DNA of 63,832 nt, the filler included, from Octopus bimaculoides (lineage: Eukaryota): assembly GCF_001194135.2 (NCBI RefSeq). It is 9 parts of 6 records of this genome, joined end to end, with 100 filler letters (N's around TTAATTAATTAA, not from the genome) between each part and the next. Parts side by side here need not be neighbours in the genome. Positions count along the whole stretch, not along the records: positions 50,921 to 57,401 come from NC_068982.1; positions 57,502 to 59,624 come from NW_026370174.1; positions 59,725 to 61,947 come from NC_068982.1; positions 62,048 to 63,832 come from NW_026401386.1; 5 more parts are not named here. The stretch is one strand, 5' to 3'. Under the pieces are notes generated by a model. That model was not told where the DNA came from and made no database searches. It saw nothing but the letters and a program-made list of their open reading frames with translations. This document shows positions 52,710 through 63,832 of the stretch, piece by piece (within the stretch, counting starts at the first letter, position 1; each line of letters starts with the position of its first letter). The translations under genes and the position numbers were made by a program.

Positions 52710-53129
52710 GTAAAGCGTTGGCAACCTCTTACAGAAATGATATAAAAATTTTACAAAATTATGATGTTTGTCTGAGAGAAACAATAGAGTTAATATTCAT
52801 GTTTCAATAAATATTGTCTTAGTCATTTATCTACTGAGTGTATTTTTACTGCGAGTAAATTTAGATCCAATGAAAAGTTTTACTCTTGAACTGTATGTAA
52901 ATGCTACCTTCAGCCTCTCCTTTTACAATTTCAGGCCATTCTATTTCATTATAGTCATCGGTTNNNNNNNNNNNNNNNNNNNNNNNNNNNNNNNNNNNNN
53001 NNNNNNNNNNNNNNNNNNNNNNNNNNNNNNNNNNNNNNNNNNNNNNNNNNNNNNNNNNNNNNNNNNNNNNNNNNNNNNNNNNNNNNNNNNNNNNNNNNNN
53101 NNNNNNNNNNNNNNNNNNNNNNNNNNNNN

Positions 53130-53167
<38 letters not shown>

Positions 53168-53229
53168 TGCATATGTGTGTATGTATATGTGTGTTTGTGT
53201 GTGTAGGTATATATATTGTCATATATATG

Positions 53230-53269
<40 letters not shown>

Positions 53270-53279
53270 NNNNNNNNNN

Positions 53280-53316
<37 letters not shown>

Positions 53317-54233
53317 TGTGCCTGTGTGGGTGTTTGTGTGTGTGTGTGTGTATGTGTGTGAATACGCAGATGTGTGCCTATCCGTTGTGAGCTGAAGTAT
53401 ATGTGTATTACACACATAGACACAAATACAGAACTACGCTCGTAGAATAATGCACAAGCTCACACACATAAACACACACACACATACACACATACGCACT
53501 AGCACACATACTCACACATATATTTATATATACATATAAAGTTCATCCTACTAAAATATATATGCGTTTATTATACAGGCACTCACACATTCTTGTATAC
53601 ACACATATACATACGCACTGGCTACAAATCTCCGCTTGTCATATAAACTTCCCTAGATACTAGTAAAAATCATCATCATAAACAACATCGCTATAGTTTT
53701 TCTTTTACATATCACATTAGAAACGCCCATGTTTTTTTTTTTATTTTTACCAATATTTTGTAATTTCCTCTTTTGTTTTTAACAGTGTGTACGCATCGTC
53801 CGGCCAAGATATAATTTCATTCAACTGGACAACCATCACCATCACCATCACCAACACCAACACCAGTACCAACACCGACACCACATTTTTGGCGTTGTTA
53901 ACATCTCTGTTGGCAGATGATGTTGTTATAACTTGCTGCATTGCAGAAGTAGTTAACCCCCTTCCTACCATCCAAACCTAAACATTACACACATTGTTAT
54001 ATCTCAGTCTGTTTCCTACCATTAGCCAACGTCATTTACGCAATTCAATAGATAGAAGCAACTCCGCTGAAATATTTTATATTCACCTTCCCAGGCATTT
54101 TACTTCGACCCGTCTCACTACTCCATCCACCCACTTCATATAGCCACAAACGTACATATACACCCTCGTTCATTTGTACATACGTTCATTCATACATTTA
54201 TACATACTCATATACAAATATATATATGTGTGT

Positions 54234-54264
<31 letters not shown>

Positions 54265-54785
54265 ATGAAAAATATTTCAATACAAATGTATTAATACAAA
54301 TGTATCAATTTCCAGCAAATATCGGTACCTTGTACCNNNNNNNNNNNNNNNNNNNNNNNNNNNNNNNNNNNNNNNNNNNNNNNNNNNNNNNNNNNNNNNN
54401 NNNNNNNNNNNNNNNNNNNNNNNNNNNNNNNNNNNNNNNNNNNNNNNNNNNNNNNNNNNNNNNNNNNNNNNNNNNNNNNNNNNNNNNNNNNNNNNNNNNN
54501 NNNNNNNNNNNNNNNNNNNNNNNNNNNNNNNNNNNNNNNNNNNNNNNNNNNNNNNNNNNNNNNNNNNNNNNNNNNNNNNNNNNNNNNNNNNNNNNNNNNN
54601 NNNNNNNNNNNNNNNNNNNNNNNNNNNNNNNNNNNNNNNNNNNNNNNNNNNNNNNNNNNNNNNNNNNNNNNNNNNNNNNNNNNNNNNNNNNNNNNNNNNN
54701 NNNNNNNNNNNNNNNNNNNNNNNNNNNNNNNNNNNNNNNNNNNNNNNNNNNNNNNNNNNNNNNNNNNNNNNNGTTGTTAGTATTA

Positions 54786-54908
<123 letters not shown>

Positions 54909-55274
54909 GATCGTTTTCACATTTCCTATCATTCTTTCCGTCTTTGTTTCAGTTATTCATTCCTTCTTCATTCATTTATCATTTCGTTCAAACATTGTTT
55001 CACTGTTTTCTTGCTTTCGTTGTTTGTCTGTTTTCTCTCTCTCTTTTTCTTTATAAGATTTTATTTTTCGTTTCCATTAGCTTACTTTCTTAACTGTCCG
55101 CTTTCCGCTTTCCGTGTGTTTATTATGTTGCATACAAACAGATTTCGACCAAATATCTCTATCCGTATCTATTCTGTTTATATCCATCTAATAATCTTTG
55201 GGCTTGGATGAAGACGTATGCACACGCAGACACAAATGCACTCACACACAAACACATGCAAGTTTCTATGTGTG

Positions 55275-55320
<46 letters not shown>

Positions 55321-55521
55321 GTTCTTTTATTCTTTTACTTGTTTCAATCATTTGACTGCAGCCATGCTGGAGCACCGCATTAGAGGGTTTTTAGTCGAAG
55401 AAATTAACCCCAGGACTTATTCTTTGTAAGCCTGGTACTTATTCTATCTTTCTCTCTTGCCGAACCGCTAAGTTAGGGGACGTAAACTCACTGAGATCGG
55501 TTGACAAACACAGACACAAAG

Positions 55522-55579
<58 letters not shown>

Positions 55580-56269
55580 TTATATATATATATATGACTG
55601 GCTTTTTTCAGTCTCCGTCTACTACTAATCTTAGTGAAATTCATGGTTTTAACGTATTGTTAATAGCTTTATTTGCTTCAAATTAGATCGTTTTCAAAAA
55701 GAATTACGCATGCATACATATATTACACACACACACATACAGACACACGCATACACTCAGACATACATACGAACTCGCGAGCACGCGCACACACACACAT
55801 GTAGGCCTACGATGCGTCAAACTGTTTTTACTGCGTCTCATCTGCGCGGTACCAATGCAGGATGGGTAGGAACGATCGTAGTGAATAATAAAGAGTTTCG
55901 TGAATTCCATTTTCTTTCTCTCATATTTTATGAAGTCTACGGACACGAAGGAATTCCTGAAGTGAAGCCAGTCACATTTAAATTCCTGCTGCTGTTGACA
56001 TTAGGTCGCCGAATATTGTGAAGGGGTCTTAAACGGCACACCACAAGGTGCATACTCGAATATAAGATTATTACTTACGTATATTTACATATATACGTGC
56101 GTATGTGTGTGTGTGTGTGTGTGTGTGTATGTATGCGGCATCTTGGAGAGGTGTCTTCTACTGAAGTTCCGATTCGACCCACATCTTGTGAGTGAAATTT
56201 GGTGGAACGGAAACTTTGTGAAACTCGTCGTATATATCTGTATAAAACGTACATATCATTACTGACAAT

Positions 56270-56700
56270 ATTCTTTTCTACTCTAGGCACAAGGCCCGAA
56301 ATTTTTGGGGAGGATACAGTTGATTAGATCGACCCCAGTACGCAACTGGTACTTAATTTATCGACACCGAAAGGATGAAAGGCAAAGTCGACCTCGGCGG
56401 AATTTGAACTCAGAACGTAAAGACAGACGAACTACCGCTAAGCATTTCGCCCGGCGTACTAACGTTTCTTGTTTCTTTACTGCCCACAAGGGGCTACACG
56501 CAGAGGGGACAAACAAGGACAGACAAATGGATTAAGTCGATTATATCGACCCCAGTGCATAACTGGTACTTATTTAATCGACCCCGAAAGGATGAAAGGC
56601 AAAGTCGACCTCGGTGGAATTTGAACTCAGAACGTAGCGGCAGACGAAATACCGCTAAGCATTTCGCCCGGCGTGCTAACGTTTCTGCCAGCTCGCTGCC
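56270..56700 (-). mobile_element. Family-B SINE dimer, CpGs retained
   Basis: Reverse complement of the 26695-27105 arrangement. Confidence 0.92.
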
Positions 56701-56953
56701 TTCATTACTGACAATATTGATATCGAATGATAATCTTTATATCCTTTTTAATAGGGGTGTTTTATTAGAACACCAAACATTGCGGTATTAATACTTTTTC
56801 CGTCGCTAATATATATATATACATATATATATATGTGTGTGTGTGTGTGTTAATGTTTAAAATAAACTTACTGGCCATTTGCGACATCAGTGACTCCCAG
56901 TCACTGTTATTCTATATATTGCTGGCAGTGAAATTTGGCTTGTATGCGGCTAG

Positions 56954-57119
56954 CAGACGCCTGCTGCTGAGGAAGCGCAGTACATCGAAGACACGGGATC
57001 TGACAGTTTCGGGGCCCATACCAGATGGCTCTCGCCTGCTAGTCATATATGTCTACACGAGAATATCTTTCAAGACGAATATCGCAGCCTTCAGCGTTCT
57101 AATAATACATTCACGTTAA
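56954..57119 (+). CDS. Weak candidate exon in a GC-richer island
   Basis: 55 open codons QTPAAEEAQYIEDTGSDSFGAHTRWLSPASHICLHENIFQDEYRSLQRSNNTFTL; GTAAGA donor; weak TAGCAG acceptor. Confidence 0.22.
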
Positions 57120-57124
57120 GTAAG

Positions 57125-57174
<50 letters not shown>

Positions 57175-57401
57175 GGACGGACGGTAGACGTGTCGGCTCT
57201 GTAAGTTTTGCCTTTTTCATGTTTTAAAAAGTTTGTTTGTAAAATTTATTTTATATACAAAGTTGTATAACAACTTGTAGACTCTCTGGTGCAAGTTTTT
57301 TGCGACGGAAATCTGCCCTGTGTGGCACATTTCCAGGATATAAAAACCAATTTCGGCTTTCTAGCCATTTTTTTTTGAGACGATGGCGTCTTGTAGCCAT
57401 G

Positions 57402-57501
57402 NNNNNNNNNNNNNNNNNNNNNNNNNNNNNNNNNNNNNNNNNNNNTTAATTAATTAANNNNNNNNNNNNNNNNNNNNNNNNNNNNNNNNNNNNNNNNNNN
57501 N
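57402..57501. other. Artificial scaffold linker
   Basis: Same structure. Confidence 0.97.
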
Positions 57502-57825
57502 AAAAAAAAAAAAAAAAAAAATATTCGTTTGTTTTTATGTCTATTTTTCCATGCTTTCATGAGTTAGGGGAGTACATAATATTTTATATATATACTATCT
57601 GGTCTACCTTCCTTCTTGAGCTGCTGCTATTTCTCTCACCTCACCCCACCAATCATACTTATACCCTTGCTCGTCAATCAATTCATAACCCCACCACATT
57701 CTTATGAAACTATCCACTTTACCCCCTCTCCCCACCAAGTCCTCTTTTATGCTCATCTGCTTTGAGAGTTTGCTCTGGTACACCATCGTTTCTTCTGTCT
57801 TTCTTCTCCATCTTCATTTTCCTAC

Positions 57826-57909
<84 letters not shown>

Positions 57910-58158
57910 CTTCTTCTATTCCTGCTGCTTTTGCTCAGTGGGGCTGGAGTCATCCCAGGTTAATGGTCCTGGTAGAATTCCTCTCAACACACGGCTACGA
58001 TGCACCCCCAACTACTTCTGCTCCTGATCAGAGATGCACATATCGTCATCCACCAAGGGACATGCTCAACTGATTAAGATCAAACAACTGAGAAGCAAAA
58101 TCTATGGTACTGAGCAGAATATTTGCTGTAGCCCATCTTTTATACCATAACAATACAA

Positions 58159-58203
<45 letters not shown>

Positions 58204-59624
58204 CATGATCATCATCATCATCATCATTAGTAAAACAACTATACCCTTGATGATTTTTCAGGCTGACCTCTCTCCCACGGATGGATCACACTCAACAGCT
58301 TGAGTCACTCAATGTAAGTGACAACCAGCTTACAGGTGAGTTTGAGTGAGACACACAGTACACGTAGATGCCTGCGCATGCGCACACAAACGAACACACA
58401 CCCACACACGCACACAAACAAACACACATACAAAAACATGTATAGACGCACACATACACACACCTAGAGACCCTGGGAAGATGAAAGGCAATGTCGACCT
58501 TGGCGGAATTTGAACTCAGAACGTAGCGATGGGTGAAGTACGGCTAAGCATTTCGTCCAGCACGCCTTAACAACAACAATAATTTTTTCTATTATAGGCA
58601 CAAAGGCTGAAATTTTGAGGGGATGGCATTAATTGATAACATTAACCCCCAGTAATTAACTGGTACTTTATTTTGTCAGCACTGAAAGGATGGAAGGCAA
58701 AGTCCACCTTGGCTCGCTACCATTTCTCTGCTCTTAATGAAGCATTTTTTTCTTCTGTTTTTTGTTTTTCAGACATTCAAGATATTGTGGGTTCTGTGTT
58801 TTATTGTTCCTCTCTCACAGATATTTATACGGCTGGTAACCCCTGCTCTGAGGAAGAAGGCTTCAGGTTGGTCCCTGCTGTGATCTTGTATTACACTGAC
58901 ATATGCACACAGATATATGCACCTGCACACATACACATGCATACAGATCAGTATAGGCACACACAAAATTATGCATACTCACACACACACACACACACAC
59001 ACACACCAACACACACACACACAAAGGCTCACATGCACACACATGCACATATACATACATACACATACACATCAACATGTGCACACATACGCATGCACAA
59101 ACACATACATCAAAATATGCATACGCAGACACACGCATACTGACACACAGAGACACACATACACATCTACGCACCAACAGACACATGCACAAACACACGC
59201 ATACATCAAAATGTGCATACATATACACACACACATACACATACACACAGACAGCTGCAGAAACACTGCCAGATCAAATTGGGGCCTGGCGCAGCCTCCT
59301 GGCCTCCCAGACCCCAGTCGAACCGTCCAACCCATGCCAGCATGGAAAACGGACGTTAAATGATGATGATGATGATGATTAAGGTGATGAACTGACAGAA
59401 TCATTAGCATGTTGGGCGAAATGCTTAGCGGTATTTTGGCCGTTGCTACTTTTGAGTTCAAATCCTGCCAAGGGCAGTATAGCCTTTTATCGTTTCGGGG
59501 GTCGATAAATTAAGTACCAGTGAAACACTGGGGGGTCAATGTAATCGACTAGTCCCCTCCCCTCAATTTCAGGCCTTGTGCCTTTAATACAAAGCAGAGA
59601 TAGAGATAAATAGATAAAGAGAGA

Positions 59625-59724
59625 NNNNNNNNNNNNNNNNNNNNNNNNNNNNNNNNNNNNNNNNNNNNTTAATTAATTAANNNNNNNNNNNNNNNNNNNN
59701 NNNNNNNNNNNNNNNNNNNNNNNN
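59625..59724. other. Artificial scaffold linker
   Basis: Same structure. Confidence 0.97.
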
Positions 59725-60084
59725 GGAACGGGCGTGTATTGGAGTTGTGCATATTTACATATATTTACTTGTATGGATCTCCGTGAATCCTACTCATAAA
59801 GGCGGGAAAGAAATTCGCTCGGTGGGTGCCAGCCAATTTTCCCAAGAGGACGTTCAAAGCGTTTTCATTGACCCCCACCACCACCCAGGCCTTCCAAAAT
59901 TTTAGGGGATGCAGTTGCATTTCATGCACCCCTGCTCCACTTGCATTCCCTGTTTCAGAGTCGATGATTCGGCTGTCGTTCTTACCTTACCCTATATATA
60001 CCTGTGTATACCACACATACACACGGAGGCACCCGCGTATGCATACTGCGTGGGTGGTAACAGTGGTATTGTGGTTCTAATACC

Positions 60085-60346
60085 TATTATCTTTAATCTT
60101 TTACTGGTTTCAGTGTTTAGACAGCGGTCATGCTGGGGTACCGCCTTGAATTTTCAGTAGAATGAATCGAATCCAGTACTTATTTTCTTCTTAAGCCTTG
60201 TACTTATTCTATCATTACGGGGATATAAGCACACCAATACCAGCTGTGAAGCTGGCTGGGGGGAAAACACAGACACAAAGACACACGCACACACATAGAT
60301 ACACACACACACACACACACTCACATAAGTGTGCGTGTGTGTATGC

Positions 60347-60381
<35 letters not shown>

Positions 60382-60555
60382 GTTGTGTCTGTGTTTATCC
60401 CCTATCACCGCTTGACAACCGGTATTGGTGTGTTTATGGCCCCATAACTTAACGGTTCGGCGAAAAGACCGATAGAATAAGTGCTAGGCTTAAAAATAAA
60501 TAAGGTTATGCTCCAGCATGGCCGCTGTCAAATCACTGAAGCAAGTAAAAGAATA
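60085..60555. mobile_element. Two family-A SINE 3' halves in inverted orientation around a (CA)n/(TG)n centre
   Basis: Minus copy 60085-60290, plus copy 60370-60555. Confidence 0.8.
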
Positions 60556-60679
60556 AATGAATATACGATGGGTATCTTTCAGTTCTGTCTATTAAACCCA
60601 CTCACATGGCCTTGGTCGGCTGGAGGCTATAGTACAAGACGCTTGCTCATATTTTCTTTTTCTATATATATGTGTGTGT

Positions 60680-60720
<41 letters not shown>

Positions 60721-60730
60721 GAGTAATGTA

Positions 60731-61430
60731 AACACATTAATTAAGATTATTTATGTTATGAATATATAAATGGCCAAACATGTCATCATAAAATATAAAG
60801 AAGAAAAACGTTTATAATTATGAACATGTTAAAATTATAACTAAGAGGGTTTTAAAAAAACCCTTACATGTTAAAAATAGCAGCCAAAACCGCTATAAAG
60901 CCGTTATATCACTCATATTATTTCTCCTCGCGATAAAAATTCTCTTCGGGTGACATGGCAAATAGAATCCACAACTTGAAAATAACTGGTTAATTCCCCA
61001 TTGCAATTTCGGCGTTAGGGACCACTTAAGAAACTCATTCGCCTTGTCAGGGGAAATATTCCTGTAGATAGAAATCAAAACAAGACTTTACCTTGGGGCT
61101 AGCACGAATCTCGACCGGCAACAGAAATGTTTTCACCTCTATCTACACAATCAAGTTTTGAATTCAAATGCCATGCACAGCGTTTATGTGAAAAGACCGT
61201 TAATTTCGAGCCATGGCAAAATCACCAGATATTAGGAAAATTTAATCTAGTAGAGAGTAATGTAAAAACATTACGGAGGACATATTATAAATAATTAAGA
61301 TTATTTATTAATATATCAACGGCCAAACATGTTATCATAAAATATAAAGAAGAAAAGCGTTTATAATTATGAAAAAGCCACAATTATAACCAAGAGGGTT
61401 AAAAAAAACCTTACATGTTAAAAATAATAT
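60731..61430. repeat. About 150-bp imperfect direct repeats (60731-60880 / 61281-61430) around about 400 bp of unique sequence
   Basis: Shared AATTAAGATTATTTAT..GGCCAAACATGT.ATCATAAAATATAAAGAAGAAAA..CCTTACATGTTAAAAATA. Confidence 0.85.
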
Positions 61431-61770
61431 ATATATGTATGTATAACTGCTAACAAGTATGACATTGTTTGATGGCAACGACTCCCATTCTGTTACATCA
61501 TAGGAAGAAATATTTGACCTGATATTAACCAAAACTTGTGTTGTATGAAGGCAAAGTTATCTATTATTGTTTATTATGCTGAGACCTTGTAAAATAGGTA
61601 GAAGGTTATCCGAAGGAAACCGTGCTTCAATGCACCTGTGTGTATTAACGTATTTTCATTGTGGTTTGTCTTTTATTTATTTATTTTTTTTGTATTACCG
61701 GTAATATATTCAGTATAATCAACGTTGAATTAGCCCTTGAGTCTCTATATTTAAATCACACCCAAAAGAA

Positions 61771-61811
<41 letters not shown>

Positions 61812-61947
61812 CAGTGCTAAAATTACGAAGTAAAAAATTGTAGTTGGTGCAATAGCTGAAATTACCTGGTAATACCCAATGATTTGCATATATGCAGTCT
61901 AACTTCGTGATTTTTGGCTTGTCATATGTATATATATATATATATAT

Positions 61948-62047
61948 NNNNNNNNNNNNNNNNNNNNNNNNNNNNNNNNNNNNNNNNNNNNTTAATTAAT
62001 TAANNNNNNNNNNNNNNNNNNNNNNNNNNNNNNNNNNNNNNNNNNNN
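61948..62047. other. Artificial scaffold linker
   Basis: Same structure. Confidence 0.97.
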
Positions 62048-62115
62048 ATATATATACATATATATATGTGTGTGTATGTATATATTATATATACATGCAT
62101 ATATACTTCATATGC

Positions 62116-62155
<40 letters not shown>

Positions 62156-62266
62156 CCATCAATTGAAAAACAAAAGGAGTACCAGTATTTTATTTCTTCG
62201 ATTGTAATATTAATAATAATTAATAATTGATGATGATTATAATTGCAATACAATGGAGAAACCGCA

Positions 62267-62290
62267 ATGATGACGACGATGACGATAATA

Positions 62291-62362
<72 letters not shown>

Positions 62363-62500
62363 GCAAACATTATCGTCCTTATCAGCGAGAGGACGACGGC
62401 GACAACGACGACGATGATGATGATGACGGTGATAATGATGATGACGGGGATGATGATGATGATGATGATGATGACGGTGATGATGATGATGATGATGATA

Positions 62501-62537
<37 letters not shown>

Positions 62538-63021
62538 CGGCGATGATGATAAATAGATGAAGACAAAGTAGTAGTTAATGAGAAATCAGACGGCGAGCAG
62601 TGTGAAGCGTTTGGTTGGAAAGAAGTGGATGACAGAAGGGAGGGAGAGTGGATTCGGGTGAAGGTGGAGGCGGAGGAGGAGGGGAAGTGGAGGAGGAGTA
62701 TAGTGGGAAGGAGAAGAAGAAGAAGAAGAAGAAGAAGAAGAAGAAGACGAAGAAGAAGAAGAAGAAGAAGAAGAAGAAGAAGAAGAAGAAGAAGAAGAAG
62801 AAGAGGAGGAGGAGGAGGTGGAGGAGGTGTGGCGACGAGGCTAAAGAAACAAACAAACGCACCATAATGTTTAATTGAACAAAAAGAAATTGGTGTAACG
62901 AAGGTAATGAATTGTCCACAGACGGTGAATATATTGGAAATATGAATAGAAAGAAAGGAAGGAAAGAAGGAAGGATGAAAGACTGGATGAAAGGTGGGAA
63001 GGAAGAAACTAACTCTGACAA

Positions 63022-63062
<41 letters not shown>

Positions 63063-63168
63063 AGGGAAAATGAAGTGACGAAAGAGAAAGAAAACGAAGA
63101 TTATACACAGGGAAAGAAAAGAAGAAAGGAAATAAAAAAGACTGAATGAAGGAATAAAAATACAACGA

Positions 63169-63215
<47 letters not shown>
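62267..63215. repeat. (GAT)n, (GAA)n, (GGA)n and (GAAA)n microsatellites
   Basis: Direct reading. Confidence 0.97.
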
Positions 63216-63218
<3 letters not shown>

Positions 63219-63832
63219 CAAAGAGAAAAAGGAAGAGAAAGGAATATAAGAGGAAGAAGAAAAGAAAGAACACAAGTAGATTCACCGCTTTATTTTCTAA
63301 TTCTTTTATTCATTTTTTTTTCAAACTCGGAGTAAAATTATAAATGCATGCAACTGAAAATATAAATTAACTTGATATGTAATTAACTTCACACCGAAGT
63401 GCACTAACTATAGCCGTTTCTTGGTTTGCTATTGTTGTTGTTGTTGCAGTTGTTGTTGCTGTAGTTTTTGTTGTTGTTGTTTTTGTGGGTGACGGGATTC
63501 GGGCGGGGAGGGAGTGTCTCCGGTGATGAAAAATAACAAAAACAAGAAAATGAAAACTTGGAGTTCACCGGAGTCACTTCGATATTGCGTTCACTGCACA
63601 CGCACACGCACACGCACACGCATACACCCACGCACACATACTCATTCATACGCACACTCATACGCACACACGCATGAATGCGCACGCACATTCATTCATA
63701 CGTACGCACACGCAGATACACACAGACACGCACTCATGCACACACAATCACTCATGCATACGTACGAATAGTTACACTCGTGCACGCACAAACACACACA
63801 TACACATACATAGACAGCATTCATAAACATAT

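Noticed and set aside
59914-59944. Small hairpin AGGGG(A)TGCA..TGCACCCCT
   Set aside because: Too short; no partner end or TSD to call a MITE or ncRNA.

Overview
AT-rich, microsatellite-saturated animal genomic DNA with many N gaps. The SINE families and repeat content resemble an octopod cephalopod genome (recognition, not a database result). The window is not one contiguous locus: eight identical 100-bp linkers (44 N + TTAATTAATTAA + 44 N) split it into nine scaffolds. No complete gene is visible. The best coding signal is a phase-compatible exon pair at 52166-52709 encoding part of a probable cyclic-nucleotide-binding domain; weaker candidate exons lie in the CpG-depleted 25-kb scaffold (25435-50820). 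Most non-gap sequence is mobile DNA: about six SINE families (working labels A-F), remnants of R4/Dong, HERO, CR1-group, RTE and Penelope-like retroelements, a hAT transposase fragment and three MITEs. Most interesting: (i) hammerhead-ribozyme motifs, one in a fold-back element whose inverted arm starts exactly at the predicted cleavage site; (ii) four SINEs stacked at one target with the target sequence at every junction; (iii) LINE remnants sharing 3' tails with SINE families A and C; (iv) an RFX X-box cluster; (v) scaffold-restricted CpG decay. Nearly all ORFs in the supplied track are microsatellite or gap artefacts.
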